Assembly (NCBI GenBank): GCA_020137815.1
Contig: CM035359.1
Coordinates: forward strand, 496,001-560,000
Direction: 5' to 3'
DNA: 64,000 nt
From: Hormiphora californensis
Lineage: Eukaryota > Animalia > Ctenophora
Below the pieces are notes generated by a model. It was given only the letters and a program-made list of their open reading frames with translations, did no database searches and was not told where the DNA came from. Position numbers and translations under genes: made by a program. Of this stretch, positions 10,339-23,386 are shown one piece after another (the stretch's first letter is position 1; the number at the start of each line of letters is the position of its first letter).

Positions 10339-12338
10339 GGTGAAGATGAAACTAAGTCAAACTAAAAAACTTGGAAACTGTGGGTGAGTGTAAGATGTGG
10401 GACAGATCTTGGCTTACTCCGCAAGCAACCCAGTTTTTAGCTTACAGACGCGCGGAGAGTGGCGCGCAAATAAAATAACATGCCGCGCTCAATTAATCGA
10501 TTTCACGCCGCGCACCCACTTTCTGTCTGTCTGTCTGTCTGTCTCTCTCTTCTTTTTAGGTTCTTCACGGCAAATGATTATGAAGGACGGGGTGATCCTA
10601 TCACTGATCCGGTGATATCTTTCTGAACGTTTGACACACCAGTTACACCAGCGTCCCCCTGATATCAGGGGGACGCTCCCTGATATCAGGGCACGGCGCG
10701 TTCCTGCATGCCCGGCCATCATGTGCAGATGGTTCTGTGGGAACCATGTGACACTGCTGCGCGTGACGTAAATTGTATGGAAAGTGGAGCTAACGCGCAC
10801 GTCAGCACTCACTTGCTTGCCGACCTTGGCAACTGCCGAGCGTGGGAACTGATGCCTGGGAATCTCTAACTGGTCAGTGGTTGTTGAGTAATTGGCAACC
10901 ACCCCTCGGCCCTCACTCTCTCACCCCTTACATCACATTTACTCAACAAGTCAGTTGCATTTGCCATGCTGTGACTCAAACTCATAGCTCGAGCCAGCCA
11001 CTATTGGTGAATGGTGACACTGTCAGTCAGCCTGGCGGTTCAATTCCGACCCGATCTGAGCATCTGACATGTTCCTCGTCTGTCAGACTGGACAGACTGC
11101 GTAGCAAGGCGAATCATCTGAGTGTGAGCGCACTGTCGTGTCGCTGAGAATCAAAACGGACCCCGTAGGGGGTTTCGGTGATAAAGCCGAAGGGATGTTG
11201 ACTCAACAACCAAGGTATTGCACTACCAGCTTTTTAGTTTTTACTTGTAGAATATAGGGTTCGTGTTTACATAATTGGAGAGAGTGGGAATTATAGAGGC
11301 AGTAACACGAACCCTATTCATCATTGAATTCTTCTAAACACGTTAATTTGAATGTCTTTGAGGGAGCTGTTAATTTTTATAAATTCATGTACAATTGCAA
11401 TGTCTCTCACTCTCTCTCTAGGTCCCAGTATATCGGCCGTGTGCAAGTATCTAACGTCTTCTTCCACATAGATTCATATTACTGGAAACCTACCAACACA
11501 AAATAGGGAGCATCTTTATTGTGAGATCCTATATAGCACAACTGAGTGCAACACATGACTAAATTACTAAAGTTGAGAGTTAAACAGTCTTGGAACGGGC
11601 AATTGACAAGGGGAGAAAATGATTAACCAATTAACTAATTAAGTTAATTAGCTAATTGAGGGTTTAACACGCACAGAGGAGGACAAACAGTGTTTTGACC
11701 CTCTCATACTCCCCCTAATAATATCAACTGTGAACCTTCAATCAAAATCTCTGCAGAAAAGGAAAGAAAAGATCACTCAGCAATATATATCAATAACTCG
11801 TTTTCAAGACTAGATAACTCTTCTTTTAAACAAATCCCACACACACACACATGTACATATGATCACACATGATCACACAATATGATCACACTTATATATA
11901 TCTTGATATATGAAATATTCACTGTCCCTTATCCAAAATCTCAGTCCATCCACCATGACATAAACAGCGCACAAAAAGTCAAATAATCCAGGTGTTATTA
12001 ATTAATTAACCAATTAATTAATTAAATCCAAGGGTGATATTTCCGATTTTATCTCTCCCTCTCCAACTCTCTACAAACCCCCAACTAGGGGGCATTTAAG
12101 AAAGAAGGAGAGGGAGAGAGAAGTCAGGTTGTGTGGTTGTTAGTACCCGCTCTAACCGGTAGCCACTCAACAGAGAGATACCGCGACTGAGCGTTGCCCC
12201 GGTAACAACCACACCCACAAATTCCGAGACCAAGGAGCGGAGAACATCTCTTGAGGAGGTTGGGGGTTGGATGATGGATAGGGAGGAGAATTTAGGGGTG
12301 GCGTGGTGTGGTCGCTGTTGTTGTTCTTGTTGGCCGGA

Positions 12339-15300
12339 TCAGTTGCACAGTACTGAAAAACAAGGAGGAGGGTGTTAGAATGGGGTTAGTAGGGTGTTGG
12401 GGGTGTGTTAGGGGGGGGTGTTAGGGGGTATCTAGGATGAGCTGATAGAAATAATGCAGTAATACAGTGGAAAGAGAAGGAAAGGAAAAAGAAGGGAAGG
12501 AAAATTAGTTATCTGCAGTTTTTTTGGCAAAAAACAGCTAACAGGCTCAATTGAATGCTAGAAAATGCGACATTAATTATGCCTCATGCACATTGTGTTT
12601 CCCCAAAATTGTATTGTCTCATATCCATGTTAATTATAGCAGGTGAGAACAGGTCGGTACACGCCATACTCTCTCCACTAGTTAATGTAACGATCTCTCC
12701 CCCTCTCTCTCTACTAACTAAAGTAACAATCTCACCGGTTACTTTGTGTGTACTGACCAATATTCTCACCAACTAGAAACAAGGCCTTGCAGACTCACCG
12801 GTGGGTCAAGCTTTTCTGGCCTCAAGTGCCGCTACGACAGCTTCTTAAAACAAGGAGAGGTAGAGAGAACAAGAGGGAGAATTGAAAATAAGATACACAT
12901 TGAACCGCGATTAATATAATTATTTGCTATTTAGTTAGCTGTACAATTAGTTACTTAATTGGTTCTTACCGAGTGCTTCACCCGAAAAGTATTTCACATC
13001 GTGATCGTCATCAGTGTAGAGTCTGGTCAGACAAGGTTTCACCTGGTTCTCAATCGTACTGGAGAAATAACACAGATTAATTAATTAGTTAATTAAGGGG
13101 ATATTAATATTACATATTAGTGTGAAATATATTTGATAAACTGTATGTTTTTAACTCACTATGAATCCAGAGCGGGTGTAATCTTCGCCATAGTTTTAGC
13201 GACATTGAACCTAACGTTGGGTACTGCATCATTAGCTAGGTTGCTAATTACAGGCACCATGAACTTGGTGATCACATCAGGGGGGCACACCTGGGGAGAA
13301 TAATTAGAAAATGATTTGAATTATCGATCTTGTAAATTAAATTGATCTAACCCACCCTAGTAATCGTCTGAAGGTCTGAACTTGATGCAGAAACAGCTCT
13401 GAGTAAAACAGAGCTGTTTCTGCAACTAACAGACGCTAGACTAATACTAATATCCCTACTGCTACTACTATATTAAGACACATACCTCAGCCAGGACGTT
13501 GATGGCAAATAGGGTGGTCATCCTGTGGAGGTAGTTGGGATCCCTAGCCATGGACAGCACTTTGGTGATGATAGTGTTCTGTGGGGAAGGATGGGAGGTG
13601 TTAGATGGTGTTCTGTGGAGAAGGATGGGAGGTGTTAGATAGTGTTCTGTGGAGGTATTATATTGAGGAATAGCAACATGTCACAATGGTAACCAAACAG
13701 TTAGCAGGTAACCATGGTATCCAAGGCAACCTATTAGTATGTAACCATAACAACCGGATCTTACCTGTGCCCATTCCATTCCGAAGATAGCCACGAGGCG
13801 CTTTAGGTTGGAGGTAGCTGCAGATCGGATAGCAAACACGCCATCAACCAACCAGCTCATGCACAGAGAGTTCAACTTCTCATCAAAGAATTCAACGCCT
13901 GGGAGGGTTATAGGATGCTGTTAGAGTCTAACAGTTAGACTGGAAATGATGAATTGTACTAAACTGATTGGATTATCAATTAACTAATTAATTGTTATAA
14001 GATGCTGTTATCTTCTAACAGTTAGACTGGAAATGATGAATTGTACTAAACTGATTGGATGATCAATCAATTAACGAATTAATTAATTACCTAAATGCTT
14101 GGGGACATTCTAACTTACCCAGTTGCTCGGCTAGGAGGGGCATGTGCTCGATGATAGCCAGCCTGACTCGCCACTTGGGGTCCTCGGCTAGCTCAACAAT
14201 GGCGGGCAATAGGGATTGGGATAGCTGGTGGATACCAATAACCTGGGAGAATTGGGTTGTTAGGGCAACAGGGATTGGGATAGCTGGTGGATACCAATAA
14301 CCTGGGAGAATTGGGTTGTTAGGGCAACAGGGATTGGGATAGCTGGTGGATACCAATAACCTGGGAGAATTGGGTTGTCAGGGCAACAGAGATTGGGATA
14401 GCTGGTGGATACCAATAACCTGGGAGAATTGGGTTGTTAGGGCAACAGGGATTGGGATAGCTGGTGGATACCAATAACCTGGGAGAATTGGGTTGTTAGG
14501 GCAACAGAGATTGGGATAGCTGGTGGATACCAATAACCTGGGAGAATTGGGTTGTTAGGGCAACAGGGATTGGGATAGCTGGTGGATACCAATAACCTGG
14601 GAGAATTGGGTTGTTAGGGCAACAGGGATTGGGATAGCTGATGGATACCAATAACCTGGGAGAGTTGGGTTGTTAGGGCAACAGGGATTGGGATAGCTGG
14701 TGGATACCAATAACCTGGGAGAGTTGGGTTGTTAGGGCAACAGGGATTGGGATAGCTGGTGGATACCAATAACCTGGGAGAGTTGGGTTGTTAGGGCAAC
14801 AGGGATTGGGATAGCTGGTGGATACCAATAACCTGGGAGAGTTGGGTTGTTAGGGCAACAGGGATTGGGATAGCTGGTGGATACCAATAACCTGGGAGAA
14901 TTGGGTTGTTAGGGCAACAGGGATTGGGATAGCTGGTGGATACCAATAACCTGGGAGAATTGGGTTGTTAGGGCAACAGGGATTGGGATAGCTGGTGGAT
15001 ACCAATAACCTGGGAGAATTGGGTTGTTAGGGCAACAGGGATTGGGATAGCTGGTGGATACCAATAACCTGGGAGAATTGGGTTGTTAGGGCAACAGGGA
15101 TTGGGCATTTTAGCTTGATTTAGTAGCATTCAATGAATAAATTTCGTGATATAAACTCTTGAGCTAGTTGATGATAGGTCTGCGTGTGTCTGTGTGAAAG
15201 AGATTGACTACAACTGTTCTGAACTGAACGGGGTAACAAGGTGTCTCGGGTGTCTGTGCCTAAATAAAAAGAGTGACTACAGTGCCCTGGACCCTGATGA

Positions 15301-18300
15301 GAACAGGGCTATTAGTCTATTCCAACAAAAGACACTCTAACGAGATCTCGGGTTTCGAAAGAGTGATTGTTGTTAGAAAGGAGATGTTTTCTAACAAAGT
15401 GCACTATGGAACAATTGGAACCCCTCAACTCTCCCAACTATTTAAACCCCACACAACCACCTACTCATCATTCCTTTGCACCATGAAGACAGCACTACTT
15501 CTCTTCCCCCTGCTCGCCCTGACCCTCTCTGCCTCCCTTGTCGAGGAGTACTTCGATGCTTTGGAGCGGTTTTCTACAGACACTAATGGAGATGCAGTGT
15601 TGCTCAGTTCTGCTACCCCTGCCTCCCAGAAAGAACACTTCCTGGCGTTCAAGAACTACAAAGAAGAGGTCGATGCCATCAATTCGGACCCTGACTGTCC
15701 CTACCATGCTGAGATCAACAAGTTTTCCATCATGACTGAACAGGAGAGAATGCAGTTTACTGGACTCAACATAACCGACGCCCCTGTCCCAGAGGAAGAA
15801 GAAGAGGAGATGACGGTTTCCATGGTTTCTACCCCGTCTTATATCAACTGGGTGTCACGGGGTGCCCAACCCGCCATTAGGAACCAGGGTGGATGTGGGT
15901 CTTGTTGGGCCTTTGCAGCAGTCTCAGCCATTGAGGGTAGCTACTTCACCACAACCGGGGATCTGGTGGCGTTCTCCGATCAAGAGATACTGGATTGCTC
16001 CTATGATGCAAGCCGGAATGGCTGCAACGGTGGATGGTTGAATGCTCCTATCGACTATGTCAGGAAGGCTGGCCGACTTGCATCTGTCACCCAGGCCCCG
16101 TACAAAGGACGAGATGGAGTTTGCAGTTACAGTACCAAGGGAAACTCTCTGACCAAGGCCAGGATCACTGGATACACAACTGCACGAGGTGACGCTAGTC
16201 TTCAGAATGCGGTGACCAAGGGAGTTGTATCTGTTGCAATCTACGTTGGAAGCTCCTTCTTCAAGTACCAGAGAGGTCTGTACAAGGATACCAACACCTG
16301 CAGGAGCACCACCAGTCCTAACCATGCGGTGACGGTTGTGGGCTATGGAACCCAGGGTGGTGTGGGTTACTGGAGGGTCAGGAACTCATGGGGTGCCAAC
16401 TGGGGTGCCGAGGGGTACGTCCTGATGAGCCGAGCTGTCCAAGACAACTGCAGGATTGCCAGTTATGGATATCTCACAAAGGCAGCTTGCACTGGGTAAG
16501 AGTAGTTTCAAACTAGATGTAGTTTTTCAATCAACCAGTAGTTCTAACTCAGAAAATGTAAACTAACTCTGAAACTCCCAATTTGCATACCCCTGTTTTT
16601 TCAACACTAATCTCTCCACTCCCAGTAATCGATGCAACAAACCGGACTTTAACGAAGAGAAAGAGGAGGAAAAGGAAGAGAAAGAGGAGGAGAACAAGGA
16701 AGAGGAGAAGGAAGAAGAGGAGGAAAAGGAAAACTGTAAGGATAGGAACATGAGGTGTAACCGTTACAAGATGTACTGCACAAAGAATGGCGGGTTAGTG
16801 ACACTTGTACATAACGCTTTTCACTCCTAAATACAATTGGCGATTAGTTCCTCTCGAGCTCTCCAGTCTCCTAATGATATCAACAGCACACTTTTCAAAG
16901 CCCATGCACCCTATTCTAAGCCACTCAGTACCTTATAAAATCACCCCAATCCCAATCTCCCAATTCTAACCAGATTCTAACCAGTAACCACTAACCACAT
17001 CATTCTAACCCTCTTCGAGCTAACCACACACCATTTCTCCTCCAGATACTACTCCTGGATGCTAAAGAACTGTGCTGCAACCTGCAACTGGTGTGAGGAT
17101 GCTAGCCCTGAGGAGGGAGAGTGTCCATCTGGAACTGTTATGTGTGGAGATGGTGTCTGCAGACATGAGCATATGTGCCATTAGAGACACTCTGTACTAT
17201 TTCAGGAGACTATTTGTAAAACAGTGTGTTCGGTGTAACGTGTAAATTATTTGATATCTATTTGATTGATCTAAACATGGATATATTTCGTGCTCTACTC
17301 GAAGCCAAATCTTTCCTTGCCCTTTCAACATAAGAGCAGATGTATTCGGCCCAGTTCGGAGAGGGCAGCCTTTTGTCAGACGACCTTTACCGGGGTCGGA
17401 AGAAGATTTGGGGTGACAGATGTAAGATGAAGACAACAGATTGTGTTAACGTCTTACCTTGTTAACGCTATCAAGATTGGAGATGATGTTTAGTCGGACA
17501 TCTGAGTGTTCGTCCTTGAGGAGAATCAGGAACAGGGGCAGGAGGTGCTGCACAGTATTATCCTTGCCTGGGGAGAGAGAGGGAGAGGTGTTAGGGGAAA
17601 GAGAGAGGGACAGTTAGGGAGGGAGGGGTCAGTGTTAGGAATAGGATCAAACAAGAATAGTGCTGCACAGTGCAAACCTACCCATGATAGGAGATAGTCC
17701 CATAATGACAGAGGCAAGGGCAGCCTTTACGTGCTGGTTAGCATCACAAACCAATTCCTGAAATGAGTTCAATGTAACCATGGTGATAATATTGGGCATC
17801 CCAGACACCTATCACCATGGTGATCATATATTGAGTATCTCAGACAACTATCACCATGGTGATATTGAGCATCCCAGACACCTATCACCATGGTGATCAT
17901 ATATTGAGTATCTCAGACAACTATCACCATGGTGATATTGAGCATCCCAGACACCTATCACCATGGTGATATTGAGCATCCCAGACACCTGTCACCATAG
18001 TGATATTGATCATCCCAGACACCTGTCACCATAGTGATATTGAGCATCCCAGACACCTGTCACCATAGTGATATTGATCATCCCAGACACCTGTCACCAT
18101 AGTGATATTGAGCATCCCAGACACCTATCACCATGGTGATCATATATTGAGTATCTCAGACACCTATCACTATGGTGATCATATATTGAGTATCTCAGAC
18201 AACTATCACCATGGTGATATTGAGCATCCCAGACACCTATCACCCTGGTGATATGGGGGGGGGGGGCAAGGCCAAAAAAAGCCAGATCAATCCCGGATTT

Positions 18301-21300
18301 TAGGGCGGGTTTGGCTTTTTTTGGCCCTACTTTTTTGGTTATTTTGGCATGTAATTCTGACATTATATGGTCTGTATGACACTAAAAACACTTTAAAATG
18401 GCTTCTTTGATCTAGTTTTATCATTTTATATCGATAGGGAAATAATTTTTTTACCGAAAAAAGTTTGATTTAAAAAAAGCCAGATCAAAAAAAGCCAAAA
18501 AAAGCCAGATCAAAAAAAGCCAAAAAAAGCCAGATCAAAAAAAGCCAGATCAAAAAAGCCAGATCAAAAAAAGCCAAAAAAAAACAGATCAAAACTGCCA
18601 AATCAAAAAAAGCCAGACCAAAAAAAGCCAAAAAAGGCCAAAAAAAGCCAGATCCAAAAAAAGCCAGATCAAAAAAAGCCAAAAAAGGCCAAAAAAAGCC
18701 AGATCAAAAAAAGCCAGATCAAAAAAAGCCAAAAAAAGCCAGATCAAAAAAAGCCAGATCAGACCCGGATTTCAGGGCGGGTTTGGCTTTTTTTGGCCTT
18801 GGCCCCCCCCCCCCCGATATTGAGCATCCCAGACACCTGTCACCATAGTGATATTGATCATCCCAGACACCTGTCACCATAGTGATATTGATCATCCCAG
18901 ACACCTGTCACCATAGTGATATTGAGCATCCCAGACACCTATCACCATGGTGATATTGAGTATCACCTGTTACCATGGTTACCACATGTAACCTGTTACC
19001 ATGGTTACCTTGACTGCAGGAAGTACATTAGGCATCATCACCTCCTCCTGGATATCAGCTGGCAGATTCAAACAGAAATCTGTGTGGGGGGGGGGGGTTG
19101 AATAGTTCATACAGTGAGAGTAGGCTGGTGTCACAATATCCACAACGAGGTTCACCACATATTATATTAGAAATGGTGTAACCATCTAATTCTAATTGGT
19201 GAACCATTATTTGGGGTTAAATTGGATTGATTAGTGCTACCTTTAATCTTGGCAGCAGTAGAGGCCCGCACCTCAGCCTCAACATCCTTCAACAGACCAC
19301 AGAAATGGAACACCAAGTGATTCTTGGTGATAGTCCGCCCAACTGCCTTCTGCAGCTCGATAAACTTGTCAGCTATCATGAACCTCACTCGCCAGCTCTT
19401 ATCTGCAGCAGCACTCCTGATGGGGTGATTGGGTGTGGGTAAAAACACAGCTTCAAAGTGCAGCAGCACTCCTGATGGGGTGTGTGGGTAAAATACAGTC
19501 ATCACACACATAACTCCTGGTGGGGTGATGGGGTGTAAAATACAGCTCTTATCAGCAGCAGCACTCCTGATGGGGTGATTGGAGATGGGTAAAAACATAG
19601 TCTGCATCACACACATAACAGCTTCAAAGTGCAACTGTGAACCCAGTTCCAAAAACAGGGAACATCTAAATCACCAACTTTTCACCAATTCTCTTTACCT
19701 GAATGTAGGTAGAAGGAGCTGTTCGATGTCAGCCTCACTGAGAAGTCCAGCAATAGTGATGCCTGCCTCCACAGCCAATAACCGGACCGAGTCCTGCGAG
19801 AACTGCACTTGTGTTAATAGCAGGGTAACAAGCCACTCTCTTCTCTGCTATTAGACACACCCCTGACACATTTTATGGGCCGCCTCTTCTCTGCTTTTAG
19901 AGTTAAACAGAAGGGCGCTATCTGGGCATATAATGGGTCACTCTAATGGTGCTTCTTCTAGCACAGTGCAGCACACATTGCTTCAGAGAGAGGGGGCTGC
20001 AACACATTCACACTCAGAAAATGTTAAATGCAATGTCGATTACAAAAGTTTGAATTTAGACAATTTGGTAGATTTAGCAAAAAACATGTTTTAGTGTAAG
20101 CTAAGTGTTAAAATCTAGCATTAGCCGGTATAAATCAAGCTGCTTTAGTCGTAGTAGCCTGATGTAATCTCTCATTCTCAACCCCAAATGTTCCAATAAC
20201 ACCACCACCCCTACTTCAAAACTGGGGGCTCAAAACTAGCCCCCCCCCTCCCCCTCTGCGATTAAATCGGCGGCTACGACTGCAGCAGCACTAAAAACAC
20301 ATGGCGTGATGCATGTACAGGAGGGGTCGGGAATGTCACAAGGCTAGTTCACATACACGATTTGTTGTATTCTATAGACGTGGTGAATCAGGAAAGGAAA
20401 ATCAGTAAAGCAAAACTTTAGTTTTTGTCAGGAGCCATGCCCCAAATAAATTAGAGAAAATCATCAAATGAATCACTCTAATATATTTGGGGTGAAAACT
20501 GGCCCATTTTAGAAGATTGATGGAGGGTTGCCATGGTGTAGCAGTGACAACCTTTGAATGAGGAGGTATAAAATGGGCCATGTTGACCCCTGACAAAAAC
20601 CTTATTTTAGAGAATTTCCGATTTTTATGTTGTCGTTAATCTAATATGAAAACTGCATGTTATCTTCATGTTACCATGACAACATTATGTTACCATGACA
20701 ACATTATGTTAACTTCATATTAACGTCTGTGTGTTACCTGCTCATCATTGGCGAGGTTAATAAAGAGTGGGATAAGTTCACTCTTTAGATGCTCCACTTC
20801 AACCACCTTGGCAAACTCCTGTAATTGGACGGTAATTGGATGTTAATTGGACGGTATTTGGAAATTAATTAATAAACTCTTAATTGGATGTTAATTAAAA
20901 AACAATGAAGTGTATACGTGTTTAATGTACAATTTTGTATTGAGTAGCGTGATGCCTAAAATTTACACATCCTTCCCTACTATTATCATATTCCTATCTT
21001 TATTGCTACTCATACTGTCATGTCACATGTAACTCATATGTGCAGCAATACAGACATGATATCATACACACACCACATAATACTGACTTGTTATACTGAA
21101 GATATCATCCCCCACCCAAAATAACTCTAATGACACCCCCCACCCCGCCGCCCTAACAATGCAGTTCATGTTATGTGTGTTGCTACCTACCCCCATTTTA
21201 CTGGCGGCTGCTCGTCGAACCATGGGTGTGTCGTCAGTTGAGAGCCGTGTGAACCCGCTGGAAATGAGGAGGTTGTGTTAGAGCGAGAAAGAGGGAGAAA

Positions 21301-22823
21301 TAAGAAAGATAGAGGGAGGGATTCAACTGAGGGACTTGGTGACACTCAACCGCGCTCTTTCATTTCTCGCTGACAGTCAACCGAGTATTCGGTCATTTGT
21401 GAGGCTGGACAGCCAAACGAATAACTCTACTTACAGTCTGAGTTCCTGTTTTAGAGAGATGCTAACGTGAGGGTAACACACAGCGTACAGGCCACAAGCA
21501 GATGTACGGGAGGTGAACCATTCGCCTGAGATAGGAGAGATTCGTTAAAATTCAAAACTCACATTATTTGATATCTAGAATGAGAGGAATGTATCCCTTA
21601 CCCTGTGATAGTCTCTTCACAAGTGGTGCAAAGTGCTTCTCTACATCAGCGGGGGAGTGCTCAACAGCTATCATTTTCAGTGACTCGGTAGCCTGAAAAT
21701 AGCACCACTGGGTGAGCTGCCGGGGACTTGGAGGATGGTGGTGCGTTACTCAGTGCTAACAGTGCCCATTTCTTGTCTCCCTGCGCGCGCGTGTCATGCT
21801 AGTGTCAATAGCGCGCTCCCTCCCTATTTCAGTGGGATTCCGGAGAAGAGGCGGGAGAGCTGAGGGAACTTTATAAAATATTGCTGGCACTGACACTATA
21901 ACGTTCTGAGGAGGGTGGGCGGGATTTTAGGTGATCTGATTAGAACATACCTTTTCTCGTACCACTGTCTCTTCTACTGTTGCCAAGTTTTCCAAGGGCG
22001 GCTGAAACGGTTAGAAGTTAGAGGGTGAGGCAAGAAAGCACTAATTGTTTCACCCCCTAATTATAAAGTTGATACATATGTTTAGTGATAGTTTCCCTCC
22101 TAAAATGAACTTACCAGAAGGCAGCTGGCATATTCAGATCCACCAACAAGAGGAATGAAATGTCCGAGTTGTTCAGCGAGGGCCCACAATACTTCATCTT
22201 CATCTTCAATAGTGTCTGGAAGAGAGAGTGTGTGTGAGAGAGAGTGTGGGGGAGTGTGTGAGGGACAGTGTGTGAGGGAGAGAAAGAGAGTGTGTGTGAG
22301 AGAGACAGAGCGAGTGTGTGTGAGGGGCAGAGAAAACAGAAAATAGAATATGATATGGAAGGCTGACATAATTAACGCACGTCCGACGAAACAAGAACTA
22401 CTACTGCACAGCTACACACACATGACACACACATAACACAAAGCCATTATATATTAGTGGTGGTGGTGGTGTGTGGAATGTGACAGTAGTAGCTGTCTGA
22501 TTTCAGTGTAGTTGGTATAATCACTCCCTTCAGTATTATAACGCACTATAATCCACCCTCTCTGTCTATTAATTTTAACCATCAACCAACCCTTTTAATT
22601 TTATCGCCCATTGCACGACAAATGCAACAATTCCATGACAATCAAATAACAACTTACCAGTCAAAAATGGGATGAGTTCAGTTCTTGTTCTCTCGACTCC
22701 CAAAGCCAGAGCAATGGTGGATAACTTTTTGATGGAGTTCAGACGAAGCTGGACATCTTCATTCCTTAGTTCGTCGATAAGAACTGCGATAGGGTACAGG
22801 GAGTCCTCCTCTGCGTTTGCCAT
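12339..22823 (-). CDS. PPP2R1A: Protein phosphatase 2A scaffold (A/PR65) subunit, 18 coding exons, ~586 aa
   Basis: [34 protein letters not shown]...; exons 22823-22658, 22215-22115, 22001-21951, 21692-21602, 21525-21435, 21257-21191, 20818-20738, 19793-19699, 19416-19241, 19079-19009, 17757-17682, 17567-17458, 14242-14119, 13898-13765, 13578-13486, 13290-13160, 13058-12970, 12352-12339 sum to 1761 nt in frame. HEAT motifs [23 protein letters not shown]. Confidence 0.96.
14212..15105. repeat. 59-bp minisatellite, ~15 copies, spanning a PP2A-A intron/exon junction
   Basis: Unit gggattgggatagctggtggataccaataacctgggagaattgggttgttagggcaaca; copies are nearly identical. Confidence 0.95.
15483..17184 (+). 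CDS. Secreted papain-family (C1A, cathepsin L-like) cysteine protease with C-terminal acidic linker, ShKT domain and small 4-Cys tail; nested antisense in a PP2A-A intron
   Basis: join(15483-16495,16626-16793,17046-17184). Signal peptide [17 protein letters not shown]; I29-like prodomain; [19 protein letters not shown] catalytic motifs; [36 protein letters not shown] (ShKT). TATA-like TATTTAAA at ~15439. Confidence 0.92.
17778..18967. repeat. 33/38-bp intronic minisatellite interrupted by a MITE
   Basis: Unit caccatggtgatattgagcatcccagacacctat and variants, on both sides of 18255-18815. Confidence 0.85.
18255..18815. mobile_element. Non-autonomous TIR element with poly-G/poly-C termini and internal (AAAAAAAGCCAGATC)n repeats
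   Basis: G12-CAAGGCCAAAAAAAGCCA ... TGGCTTTTTTTGGCCTTGG-C13. GATAT is duplicated at 18250-18254 and 18816-18820 within a minisatellite unit. Confidence 0.7.
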
Positions 22824-23386
22824 TTTAGCTAGAGAGCGAGGGATGTGTGAGAGGTAGAGAGAGAGAGAGAGAAAAAGAGAGAGAGAGATAGAGTGAGAGA
22901 TAGAGAGAGAGTGAGAAATAGAGAGAGAGGGAGAGTGAGAGATAAAGAGAGGGAGAGAGATATAGGGCTGGAAAAGGCAGGGGATGAAGCAGGAGGGCAG
23001 GAGGAAGAATTTGAAACAATGACTGACTGTTCAGAGATTGGGAGAATGAGAAAATAGGGGACAAACAGCGATTATCTTAACACGAAACATACATGTACAT
23101 AATGACCAGAAAATAGAAAAAGTTCACACTAAAAACATAAACTTAACATCATTAACAGATTAAAAAGACTTTATTCTTCTCTTAAAAACAGTACACGTGT
23201 ACACTGATGATTATAAAAACATTTATAAAACCTAAAAAGTGGCTAAAAAATAGAATGTCTTTCTGGAATAAAAAGATAACACATAATAGAAAATACCTGA
23301 TGTGATGTCAGACAGACAGATAAACAGTTTATAATACAAAACTAAAAAGACAAAAGTCGTCGACATATAAGAAGTGAGATCAGTAC

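Noticed and set aside
11050-11125. HDV-like ribozyme suggested by TTCCTCG and GGCGAA
   Set aside because: The required P2 and P3 pairings could not be built from the flanking sequence.
10810-11236. Telomerase RNA, U3, 7SL or RNase P/MRP identity for the structured segment
   Set aside because: No CTAACCCTAA template and none of the diagnostic conserved boxes were found by eye.
14212-15105. CRISPR-like appearance of the 59-bp array (also the 33-bp and 21-bp arrays)
   Set aside because: Contiguous near-identical units with no unique spacers, no cas genes, eukaryotic context; these are minisatellites.
15273-15482. 70-aa N-terminal extension of the protease in the ORF track
   Set aside because: Starts at GTG; the signal peptide begins at ATG 15483, downstream of a TATA-like box.
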